Shown here one piece after another: positions 50,801 to 61,902 of a stretch of DNA of 64,000 nt. This stretch comes from Dipteris shenzhenensis (taxonomy: Eukaryota): assembly GCA_047967505.1 (NCBI GenBank), contig CM106538.1; one strand, given 5' to 3'. How positions within the stretch are numbered: the first letter of the stretch is position 1; each line of letters opens with the position of its first letter. The notes beneath the pieces are model-generated. The model worked only from the letters and a program-made list of their open reading frames with translations, was not told the origin of the DNA and did no database searches. The position numbers and the translations under genes were made by a program.

Positions 50801-51100
50801 CCCTCGTCACCCTCCTCATCCTATTTTAAGATTTCGTGTAAATATAAGATCTTGTATTTCCTGGTATCCAATAAGACTACGAACTTAAATAGCTTTGACT
50901 TACTGATGGTCCATCAACATGTGCAACACCAATGGTGGGTACTGGTTCGGGCTCCTCCCCATACATCCGGAAGTGGCACATGATAATACGACGTTGATGT
51001 CGTACTTCTCACTTGCAATGAGTGCAATGATAGTATAACCTCTCCGTAAGCCACTTCGTGCTCCCGGGCATTGGCGCATCATCGGACGAGCTTCCACTCG
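47825..51100 (-). pseudogene. CACTA TnpD/TNP2-like transposase pseudogene with introns
   Basis: HACRNDCILFR..CPKCGEQRY..KVLRHFP; DGVNPFG..WSTWPIVVVNYNIPPW..DVYMAPLIEEL (Transposase_21-like); LEKHFP..GTVHSRWMFFLERFMKTLKGFV..SMAEGW (DUF4218-like); DUF4216-like segment at 48321-48761. Confidence 0.9.
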
Positions 51101-51919
51101 TCCCTTCCATCTACACTTATAAAATCACAACATAAGTTGCAAGAAAATATATTAACAGTTATAAAATAGCATCTATGAGCTTTCCTTCATGTTAGAACAA
51201 AAAGTGACTTAAAGCGTCACTATATAGCGACTTTTTGCTCTGTTCTGTCACTATATAGTGATGTTTTTAATTAAAAACATCACTATATAGCGACGTTGTG
51301 GGTTAAAACCCAAAACTCGCGTCGTGCGGCGCTTTCTTTAGCAATCTCTCTAATCTTTCAAGTAACCAAGGCAATCTCTCCTCCCACCTATTTTCGATGA
51401 CCTCCCACCTATTTCCGACAACCTCCCACTCTATTCTCCACTCCTCACCCTTCTCCTAGCTCGTACTCCCTCTCTACCCTTTTCCCTCTTTGGTTTCTTA
51501 AAAGGAAGTTCTTTAAGAGATGAGTTTGTTTCAACAATGTAGGTTATTTGTTTGTTAGCTTTAGTTTTGTGAGTGCTTCTCCTTGTATTGCTAAACCTGT
51601 AAACTAGTTTTCATGCTTGTTTTCAAAGGATCGAAACAAAAAACGAGATTTTAAGAAAGAAAGAAGACTCATCTCTTCTAGTCTTTTTTGTATTTCTCTT
51701 CCTTCTCTTTCTCCTTGTCTCCTCAATCTCCTCCTTTCAAGAAGTTACTTTTGTAATCTCCTCCTTCCTCTAACATCTTATTTGAAAAATGGTATGTTTC
51801 CTCTCTTTTGTAGGGACAGTCCACAACACCGAGCGGGACATACTATTTCAAGTAAGTGCTTCCTCTTTTTTCCATTTATTATTTTTGTTATTTGCATTGG
51901 CCTATAGCTGGGCATAGGA

Positions 51920-52600
51920 ATCCTCTCTTCCCCTCTCTTTCCTCTTCTTTCCCTCTTCTCTCCTCTTCTTTCCCTCCTTTCCTTCTTCTCTCCTTCAATC
52001 TCTTTCTTTCCCTCTTTTTCCCTCTTTCCTTTTCCTCTTCTTCTCTCTTTCTTTCCCTCTTTTTCCCTCTTTCCTTTCCCTCTTCTTCTCTCTTTCCCCC
52101 TTCTCTTATGCTCATGCATAAACATAAGCATGAGCATAAGAGAAGGAGACATATGCTCATGCTTATGCTTATGCATGAGCATAAGAGAAGTAGACATATG
52201 CTCATGCATAAGCATGAGCATATGTCTCTTTTTTCCTCTTTTCTCCTTCCCTCTTCTTCTCTCTTTCTCTCCCTCTTTCCTCTTTTCCAATCTCTCCTTC
52301 CTTTCCCTCTTCTTCTCTCTTCTCCTCTTTTCCCCCTCTTTTCCCCCTCTTTTCCCTCTTTCCTTTCCCTCTTATTCTCTCTTTTCCCCTTCATGAGCAT
52401 CCTTTCCCTCTTATTCTCTCTTTTCCCCTTCTCTTATGCTCATGCATAAGCATAAGCATGAGCATATGCTTATGCTTATGGTTAAGCATAAGCATGAGCG
52501 TAAGAGAAGGAGACATATGCTCATGCTTATGCTTATGCATGAGCATAAGAGAAGTAGACATATGCTCATGCATAAGCATGAGCATATGTCTCTTTTTCCT
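51920..52600. repeat. Low-complexity CT-rich tract interleaved with atgctc/taagca hexamer arrays
   Basis: Alternating pyrimidine tracts and atgctcatgcataagcatgagcat-type palindromic repeats. The block at ~52110-52230 recurs at ~52470-52600. Confidence 0.85.
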
Positions 52601-53067
52601 CTTTTCTCACTTGTAATCTCACTTTTTAAATTGTTTTATTCTTAAGTTCCAATCTAATTTTCAATTTATATGTTTCACTCTTAGGGTCAAAGCTCAAGCG
52701 TCCCATCATCGGAGGCGAGCGATCACCAGGGCCAGGGATCAAACGCAGGTGACGAGAATCAGGAAGAAGGCGCAGCTCACGAGGACCAAGGATCAGGCCA
52801 ACAAGATGAGGACGATGACGATTCGGATGAGTAGTAGTAGTAGTGATAGTAGTAGCAGTTTGCATTTTCTTCGCCATGTATGTCATTTTGTATATCCACT
52901 CATTTGAGCAATTTTGTATCGCCCTTTCGAAAGGGTAATTTTGTAACAAACAATGTTGTATATGTTCGACATGTATATGCTTTTGTTGCTCGATCATTTC
53001 ATTTGAGCAATTTTGTATCACTCTTTTCGCAAGGGAAATTTTGCTATAAAAAAACTTTGTTTTGTAA

Positions 53068-53139
53068 AAAAAAAAAGGATTAGTGGGGCTAAACAGGGCC
53101 ATAGCAAGCCCTGTTTAGCCCCACTAATCCTTTTTTTTT
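53068..53139. repeat. Perfect 32-bp inverted repeat with an 8-nt loop
   Basis: a9-ggattagtggggctaaacagggc catagcaa gccctgtttagccccactaatcc-t9. Confidence 0.95.
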
Positions 53140-53351
53140 GTTCTGTTAATTGTCGCTATATAGCGACGTTTACCAATGTCGCTATATAGCGACGATTAAC
53201 ACTGTCGCTATATAGCGACGTTTATCATCGTCGCTATATAGCGACGGTTCTTTTCGGACGCTTTTAGCGACTTTTATAGCGATGTTTGCACCCATGAAAA
53301 AAAAAATTAATGTAAAAAGCGTCGGTATTTTCATCGGAAAAGGGCCTATTC

Positions 53352-53720
53352 ACTCATTCTCTACATAAAATGCAACGTCTATCTAGGAAAAGAGGTGGTC
53401 ATCTAGGAAATTAGACGAGTGTGGTAACTAGGAAATCTAATTCTCTATCTAAGCAAACTCATTCTCTATATAAAATGCAACCTCTATCTAGGAAAAGAGG
53501 TGGTCATCTAGGAAGTGTGGTACCTAGGAAATCTAATTCTCTAGATAAAAACTTATACCCCTATCTAGGAAAAGAGGTGGTCACCTAGGAAATTAGAAGA
53601 TAGCATGTTTAATTCCATTCCTTACATAGGGAAAGTTCTTTCATCAAGAAATTAAAGGGATATTAGCAAGTTCCATCACATTTACTATATAGGAAAAGCT
53701 TCTTGTCAATCTAGGAAAAC
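53352..53720. repeat. Tandem repeats with a tctatctaggaaa core
   Basis: actcattctcta.ataaaatgcaac..ctatctaggaaaagaggtggtca recurs. The same core is seen at 47400-47488, on the other side of the CACTA. Confidence 0.7.
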
Positions 53721-53769
53721 AAATGGCCACTCAATAAATAACCAAACACACATTTCTTATACATAAAAG

Positions 53770-54615
53770 CTTTTTTTTAATGTCAATATTATTTGACATA
53801 TAAAAGATAACACAAATATAAAAGATGGCTTTCTTATTGGAAAACATCATTGAGGGATTTCCAAAATTTAGGTTGATTGCCTTAGTGCACATTAAATGGA
53901 GCCAAAATACATGGACGTAATAAAAGATGACTTACTTGATGTCAACCTAAGATATAAGGATATTACTATCACCAAGAAGAAATAAGTATTTATGCCAAAA
54001 TTTACAAGCTTCTCTCTGTGAATGAGATAGAGTCATGTGCAAGTATTGAAGCCACATACTGATGTAACAATATTTTGAAAGGATTGAACCACCCAATTTT
54101 GGCAAGTAGGCCCTACATTCTAGATTGAAGTAAATATAATATTGTTAATGGCAACATGCACGATGTGATTGGGACCAAAACTTGTAAGTCTCTCTTTGTG
54201 GCTAAGATGGAGGGACGTGATATTTTTTCCAAATGGCCCAGTTTTGGCATGTAGTCCTTCGTTGTTTCTATGATTCATTGACGTGGCTGATGAGAGCCAT
54301 TGAGGTAATTCCCACAAAAGTAAATCATGAAGCTTAATCACCTCTAATCACTCATTACCAGGCACTCTAGTACTCTACTAAGCATGCAAGCCTAGTGATA
54401 GGTAATTTTTACTACACGCGTAGTGATCATGCATGCTTAAGCCCGGTGCTAGGTGAGCTTAATTCCCACAAAAGTAAATCATGAAGCTTAATCACCTCTA
54501 ATCACTCATTACCAGGCACTCTAGTACTCTACTAAGCATGCAAGCCTGGTGATAGGTAATTTTTACTACACTCGTAGTGATCATGCATGCTTAAGCCCGG
54601 TGCTAGGTGAGTGCG

Positions 54616-54683
<68 letters not shown>

Positions 54684-56640
54684 GTCTCTCTCTCTCTCTC
54701 GTTCAAGTGTACCTATATGTAATTTTCTCTAGAATAGTGCAATTTATAGTATTCCTTAACACCCCCACTTAAATTGACTGGTAATAAGTAGAGGATTCAT
54801 ATATAAGATATCTTTCTTGATTTTTGGGTGCATATGATAACAAACATAGCAGAACAAGAAAAATTAAAAGTAGTAGAGTAGTTTGTGCCTAAGCACAATA
54901 ACTATGTAGCATAAGTACATTGATAATAACTCAACCTTCACCTCCCCCTCTTAAGTTGTAGTTGGCAAAGCCCAAGCTGTTGTCGAAGGTATGAAAACTT
55001 GTCGACAAAAAGTGGCTTTGTGAAGATATTTGCTACCTGCTCTTGTGTTAGAGGTACTTGTATAAAGGATGTCGATTAGTTGCAAATGCGTATATAAAGT
55101 CAAGCAACCCAGATCCATGGATACTTTTATAGAAGGTATACATATATATTAATATAAAATACTGGCAAAAATTTATCAAAAAATTTTTTACATTGACAAA
55201 TGGCATAATCTTTATGAAGATATATGTTACCTATTCTTGTGTTGGATAGGGAAAGGTCTATTTAGTCACTAAGGACTTTCTCTTGGATGAAGTGGTAGTG
55301 CACTTCCATGTGCTTTGTTCTGGCATGAAGCACTAGGTCCTTTTCCACTCATATTGTCAGAATTGAGCACCCTAGGGTCTCCTAATATAACTACAATTTC
55401 TAAGAAAATTCTTCTGAACCAAATTGCTTCACATGCAGCATTGGTCGATTCTCTATATTCTACTTGTGTTGAGGATGATGAACATTTCTTACTTTTCCAT
55501 GACAAATCCAATAGTGGATTCATTTCCACTTCCTACCCAATCAGCATCGTTGTCCATGACAGTTTTTTTTTTAAAGATTCCAATAAGTTGTCGATGATTT
55601 GAAGCAAGAGAAATGTCTCCAAATTGTCACGAGTTAATAATTTGATGTTGCATTCCATAGGATTTGGGAGTGGCTTGAAGTCATGTACTAGATGAAACTG
55701 CTTGAGAACTATCTAGTGCATTTGCCATGTTTGAACAAAGTACTTGTATTATTCTCCAAATTTCTTTCCTAAGAAAATTGTGTTCTCCCATATCCTTCCC
55801 ATCAAACTCTGATATGACCTGACCTTTGATTTATGAAATGAGGTATCTACTTTTTGTTGTATACAGATAGATCAAAATCAAATGGTTGAAATCCAAGAGC
55901 ACTAATGATTGTAAATCCTTGCATTGCATGCATGTGGTACTCATTTCCAACCACAAAGGGAATTTTGCTATTTTAAGACTTTATTTTCCATTCCATTGAC
56001 AACATACCCTATAGGTTGGGTCATGTAGATATTTTCAGCTAGGTATCATTAAGCAAAGCATCATAGATTCATCTAACGGATAGGCAAGTAAAGTCTAATG
56101 CAAGGTAACAACAATTCTAATTCTTATCATCTTTGCAACCAGTGCAAAAGGTCTCTTCATAATTCTGTGGCATGTCCTTCAGTAACTAATCTAGATTTAT
56201 ACTTGCCAATTACTCCATTTGAGTTGAGCTTGACTTTGTAAACCCATTTCCAACTTATGGGCATTTTCTCTTAAGGGAGATTTGTGAAATTCCATGCCTG
56301 ATTCTTCATAAGAGCATTGTACACTTCATCCATTGTTTGTGTCCATTCTAAGACTTGCACTACTTTTTTTTTCAATGATGTTGATTCTTCTAATTACTTG
56401 GGCCATGGACACAAAATTGCTTTTATACATCCATCTTTCAAGTTCCTTCTGATCAGGAGTAGATTTTATTATTTGCCTTTGCTCCATGCCGACATGGTGA
56501 GGTGAACACTTTTTGAGTAAGCCAGAGATTTATCAAAGGTAGTTTCCTATATAGTTGGAGTTTTAGATTGTGCTATCAAAACTATTCTAGGTTGATCAAA
56601 TATGATGTTGTCTAATCAATAACATCTCTAGAACTTTTTA
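53770..56640 (-). mobile_element. Ty1/copia 3' part (RT, RNase H, PPT, 3' LTR)
   Basis: Minus-strand PISWKWVYKVKLNSNGVIGKYKSRLV and SWKSKK..SSTQVEY..NAACEAIWFRRIF. LTR/PPT junction ccttaaca|cccccactt at 54761. The LTR left boundary is uncertain. Confidence 0.8.
54306..54611. repeat. ~152-bp near-perfect tandem duplication, followed by (CT)n at 54618-54700
   Basis: taattcccacaaaagtaaatcatg...cccggtgctaggtgag occurs twice. Confidence 0.92.
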
Positions 56641-57019
56641 GTTTTCATTTGATTAAAGGATACATTTGGTTGATGTAATATTTAAGTTGTTATGGAGTTC
56701 ATCTAGAATGTGGGCATAAGAAAGAGATAAAAATCTCTCAAATGACTAAAGAAGCCTGTATTCTTAATGCCAATAAAATTTAAAACTAAAGGAAAGATAA
56801 AATACAACCCAAAGAGTTATAAAGCCATGTCGTGCACAATGTAGCTTATGGTAACCAAAAAGGTCCCTTAGGGTTCCTCAAAAAAGTCCTTGCAGTACCA
56901 CATGGTACCCCAAAATTTCCATTGTGGTATACTCATGGTACACTAAAAAATCCATTATGGTACCCCAAAAATTACCTTGTGGTATTTAATCAATGGATTT
57001 AGTCATAATATAGTTTTGT

Positions 57020-57350
57020 GGCTGAAATTATTTGTATATTGAAGGAACTAGAAGAAGGAGGAAAAAAGACAAGGGAGCTAGAAGGAAGGAAGCATAACTT
57101 GAATTGGAAATGGAATGAAATGGAAGGAAAGGCAAGAACCAAAATGAAATCACTTACATGACCAAAAGCTCCACTAAGTTGTCAAAGGTACAACACTCAT
57201 ATAGAGTGGAGACACACACTCAAGTACCATATGTATATGGGATAACTCCTAACATGCCACATGGCACTTTCTAACACAAACTCATAAAATTAGTTTCTAG
57301 TACACACTAGAATACACCCTTCGACTATGATTTCTCCAACATCTCCCCTC
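57020..57350 (-). mobile_element. Short LTR-like remnant with PPT
   Basis: Ends ttctccaaca|tctcccctca (LTR end plus PPT complement). The left boundary is uncertain. Confidence 0.45.
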
Positions 57351-57385
57351 AGACCAAAGAGTGTGAGACCCAACATGCACGGGGA

Positions 57386-57549
57386 TCATTGTTTGCTTGG
57401 GTGTAGCCATTTTTGGTGAGGTTCAGGGACTTTTCTGTATATAGGTATCTTGCACGACCCATAACTTATGCATTGCTCAACGGAATTCGGCAGACTTTTT
57501 CTTCAAGTTGTAGTACACATTCTAAACTGGAATATGAAAGCAAAAAATT
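57386..57549. repeat. Dispersed repeat copy 2 (see 1886-2048)
   Basis: Direct alignment with 1886-2048. Confidence 0.85.
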
Positions 57550-58390
57550 ACTTAGCCAAGCCACTAATATTCCAAAATTCAAATATGTACATAAGCTTTT
57601 GTAATATCAAAAATTAGGCATAAGCCTTATTCATCCCCGCATCACTGGAGTTGCGCCTACGCACCCAAAATATGGCGGATCATGCTTGCCAGATGCCATC
57701 ACCCGATCAATTACTTTTCCCCTAGATTCACACGATCAATAGTAATAAAATATTTCAAGCATAGGATAACCTTGGAATTAATCACCACAATCAATCAACC
57801 TTTCAGTATTATAGCAAAGAGAAATCAATAAATCAAAGGAGCCAAGCACATATAAGAGGACTTGCAAGAGGCATTTGGATTGACGATGCACGTGCTAGAA
57901 GTCCACCTCCTGAAGCAAAAGTTTTTGGTATAGCTATCACAGCAAACAATAAATCAACACCAGTTCAGGACTGAAGACGCGCATCACGGAAGTCCACCTC
58001 AAGCAAAAGATTTTTGGTATAAAGATGCAGGCAAATGTGCCCACACACTGGAGTTGCATCAGGTGGGTGATACAGCCAAGTAGATTTGCAGACAATTCAC
58101 TCACAATCATACCCAAAGACTATAAGGAATTGGGTTAAAATTTCAATTCTAAGATGGCTGTACTCTTGAAGAACAACGTTTTATGAAAGAAAAGTGTTAA
58201 TTTTGAGGAGGGCAGTGCAAGGTAGGACATAATGAGAAGCAGCTTCATTGCCACAATTTCTACTGACCGTGTGGTGTGCGAATGTTGGATACTCTTGCAT
58301 TGGAGAATGATAAATATTGGTTTTATTTCTAATGCTCTTGCACTGGAGGACGATGACATGAACTCTATGTCCTGAAGCACTGATCATAGT

Positions 58391-58961
58391 GTGGTCTGAA
58401 AATAAGAACTTGTGTAGTAGGAATTTGTATCAGTTTTCTTAGTATCTCATCAATTAAAGATGTGCTTTTATGTGTTATGGTAGTTTAGTCATATGCCAGT
58501 TTTCTCATGTGTGGAAAACCATATATCTATGTCATGTACCAAAGAAAGTCCATGCAATATGTCTTTCTAACATCTCAAGGTCGAGAGGGGAAACCTTGGC
58601 TTGCCTTTGTGAAACCCTTGAGATGGCCACAAGATCTTGCTTACGGTAAAAAATGCAACACGTGGTCTGAAAATAAGAACTTGTGTGGTAGGAATTTGTA
58701 TCAGCTTTCTTTGTATCCCATCAATTAAAGATTTTCTTTTGTGTGTTCAGGTAGTCTAGTCATTTGCCAGTTTTCTCATGTGTGGAAAACCATATATCTA
58801 TGTGATGTACCAAAGAAAGTTTATGCAATATAACTTCTACAGGTAACACAAACATGTTATGTCTTTCTACTATCTCAAGGTCGAGAGGGCAAACCTTGGC
58901 TGGCCTCTGTGGAACCCTTGAGATGCTCACAGGATCTTGCTTATGGTCAAAATTGTGACAC
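58391..58961. repeat. Tandem duplication (271-bp unit; second copy has ~30 bp extra)
   Basis: gtggtctgaaaataagaacttgtgt at 58391 and 58662; the copies align through cccttgagatg..cac..gatcttgctta.ggt. Confidence 0.9.
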
Positions 58962-60744
58962 ATATGTTGTTTCATCACGTATTGTACATGTGCAATGAAA
59001 ATCAGGCGGTGGTTTGTAGGGCAGTAACCATGGATTTATGTCTTCATCTTCAATCTTTGTAGCATATGTTAAACATGCGACCGTATCATACATTGCAATT
59101 GCAAAATCTGTGTTAAGAGTTGAAAGCAATCATCCGTTCATGCCGATTTTTATAGCATGTGTCCTTTGTGCGAAGCAATGTACTGGAGCACTGTTCAAGT
59201 AAAGATACGCTCAAATTTTCAGATATCAAAATCTCATTATCTGGGAATGCCTTCCAAATCAAGGTGTCTTACTTGGTCCATAAGTTGAAGATATAGATCT
59301 TAAGAAGGGTACATTCAGTTCTCCCAGAAGGATGCCAGCCTACAGCACTGCGCAACAAAAAGAAACTTTTTGAAAGAGGGTGTCTCATGTAAGTAAGTCG
59401 ATCACAAATAGCTTGGTTAAAATTAAAGGGGCGCTATTGTAATGCTTAAGCTTTAGTATCATCTTTTATAAGGAACCCTTTCCATTGTACCATCATAGTT
59501 TGTGTTTTGCCCCAATATTTCATTATTGGGCTGGTATAAGAAAAGGAGCCAACCAGCTGGATGAAATTTTGGATAAAGATTTCAGATGAGACACACATGC
59601 TTGATGATACAAGGTCAACCACTCTCTAGTCATTTCCAAAAATGAACTATATCACATAGATACATGCACAATGACTTCGAAATTGCCTCAATCGTTACAT
59701 TCTACCATAAATTGCCTTACCTATTGTAGTATCGTAGTAGTCACATCATCTGAAGGAACAAGTAGATATCACCTATTGAGATTTTGTCACTCAGAAAGCC
59801 TCAGCTACTCATTCTGTTGGTAATCAATCAACGTAATAAGGAGATACAAGATAAACAGTCTCAAGTTGTTTCCAGATTCTCAACCTATATAAAACTAATG
59901 AAAATCAATACCTAACTATGTTGAAAACAGAAGCTTAGCAATATATATCACATTAGGAACATGCTCTCTTGGCTTTAAAGAAATTTCAAACGTTGAAACA
60001 CATAAATACTTGTGGGTGCTACGTAATGTGACATCAATAGGCACCTCATCAGCAGGAAGAGTCCTGGAATTCATCCTTCTACATTTACACGCTAGGTTTG
60101 TCACTCTGACAAAGGCTGGGCTATTTACTAGTGTGTCAGGTATCTGTCAGCAAATTGAGAAGGATGGGGATAAAGAAAGTCTCATGATGCTGAAAGAGTC
60201 TGCTTTCCTGATAAAAATTAGATATTTCTTTTCAATTGCAAGGGTGGTTATGATTCCCTGACGAAATAGAATTATTGCTGTCAAGCAAACGTGTTCAGTG
60301 TCATATAGGTTTTTAGAATTCGAAAAAAATGTGATTTTAAATGCGGCGATGCCCTCACGATGATTGACATGTCATCTCTCATCATAGCAGAGTAGAAAAA
60401 GCCACTGGTACTAGCTGGCTTTTATGTGCCTTGAATATTCCTTATTGGGAATTGCTATCTCTATCAAAGTCCCTTCTCCACCAAATTAAGTAGCAAGGTT
60501 ATCCCCTTCTGTATAAAAATGCGATCTTGGACAAAAGGATAACTTCCAATTGGAAATACAAAAAATCAGGGAACCAGGGAAAAAGAGAAGGGACACAGCT
60601 AGAAGGAACAGAGAGACGAACGTGTCTTCCAGTCCTTTTGTGGTTTGCAGCACCACTTCCACGTCATTTCAAGCTGCAGGAAAGAATAGACCCGTGTTTT
60701 GTTTTTCATGATCTGCAATTTTTTGCAGCTACCTGTCATGACGA

Positions 60745-61902
60745 TCACATGTGCAATCTTGGCTGGAAATGAAAACCACGGAGCATATAATAGTGAAAGT
60801 TTAAAATGGATGGATCGACCGGTATCCAGTGCCAGGAGTTTCGGAGCAAATTGTATTCTAGCACCCCGTTGCATTTTCTGTTGCTGAAATAAAGTAGATT
60901 ACCCTGGCCTATACACACAAAGCGCCTTGAGAGAGATTTCAGCAGATCATTGCAATACGGTTTCGGCATCCTACTTACTTCAGTCCATACTGCACCTGTT
61001 GGATTGAGTCTCCACAGACCAATCTCTGTTGTGACACCATGTAGTCCGATTCCTCCGGCCATTAGCAGCTGCCCCCGTTGATCCACAAGCTTTGCTGAAG
61101 TTAAATTTTCTGGCATTGGAGCTTTCACTTCAAACCAGTAACCCCGTTTCACATCATATGCCAACACTCTGTAAGGTAAAGAGCTTGTGACACAGTACAT
61201 GATACTGCCGCTCGTCGCTTTCCAAGGTGAGAGAGGAGCATCTAGGGGAATGCTGCCACCTTTCCTCCAGCGATGTGAATTGGAGTCATACACCTCGGTC
61301 GTAAGTAAAAATTGTTCAGAGTCCTCTGCAACTAGCTCTGAACCTGCCACCACAAGCTTGAATGATCTTGCATCTTCCTCTACAAATAGTCCTACCACAA
61401 GGAAGAACAATTTAAACAGGCCCGGTGGAGTCGGCAATTCCTTCCAAGACCTGGAGATGGGATTACAAATAATCCAGACTTTACAATGCTTTGGTTTGGG
61501 AATCAGACAGACAATTCCTTCTGCAGTGGCGACAACTGTGCTATCGAAAGGCAGGAAAGTAAAAGGTAGTTCAAACCAGCTCTCCGATGACGAGTCATAA
61601 GCCAGCCCGACAGTTGCATCAGTTCTGGGGAAAATCAAAAGCCAAGGGTTTTGATTTGGAACTTGCGAATACAGATCTGTAAAGCCTTTAGAAACAATGA
61701 CAGAATTCCATCCCTTGCATACAGATCGGGCCCTCAGAAGGCTTCGTATCGGTAGCCACAGCATCACTCTCTCCACTGCATCGTTAGGGAGAGAGCTCCA
61801 AATCTTCTGGCTCAAAGTACTCCCTTCATCCGTGGATAACGTTTCCTTGTACTTCAATTCATGCTCATTTGGATCGTTACTTTCGGAGCCATCGATTTCC
61901 AT
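60745..61902 (-). CDS. F-box/kelch-repeat-type protein, 385 aa, intronless CDS
   Basis: F-box WSSLPNDAVERVMLWLPIRSLLRARSVCKGWNS, followed by propeller repeats (AYDSSSESW, ICNPISRSWKELP, EVYDSNSHRW, AYDVKRGYW) and a C-terminal F.FQPRL typical of plant F-box/kelch proteins. The ORF is intact. Confidence 0.93.
   Translation of the reverse strand: MEIDGSESNDPNEHELKYKETLSTDEGSTLSQKIWSSLPNDAVERVMLWLPIRSLLRARSVCKGWNSVIVSKGFTDLYSQVPNQNPWLLIFPRTDATVGLAYDSSSESWFELPFTFLPFDSTVVATAEGIVCLIPKPKHCKVWIICNPISRSWKELPTPPGLFKLFFLVVGLFVEEDARSFKLVVAGSELVAEDSEQFLLTTEVYDSNSHRWRKGGSIPLDAPLSPWKATSGSIMYCVTSSLPYRVLAYDVKRGYWFEVKAPMPENLTSAKLVDQRGQLLMAGGIGLHGVTTEIGLWRLNPTGAVWTEVSRMPKPYCNDLLKSLSRRFVCIGQGNLLYFSNRKCNGVLEYNLLRNSWHWIPVDPSILNFHYYMLRGFHFQPRLHM

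Larger units (their letters stand above)
47489..53350 (-). mobile_element. CACTA (En/Spm) transposon lacking its right TIR
   Basis: CACTACTACAC terminus at 47489. Subterminal (g)tcgctatatagcgac repeats at 47580-47655, 51215-51300 and 53150-53290. Transposase remnants lie inside. Confidence 0.85.

Noticed and set aside
51778-52645. Long Lys/Glu/Arg-rich and Ser/Phe/Leu-rich ORFs
   Set aside because: They are translations of low-complexity CT/GA and hexamer repeats.
54411-54425. actacacgcgtagtg as the right CACTA terminus
   Set aside because: It lies in a duplicated unit of the copia LTR region, about 1.1 kb beyond the subterminal repeats, and lacks a full TIR match and the expected aat TSD.
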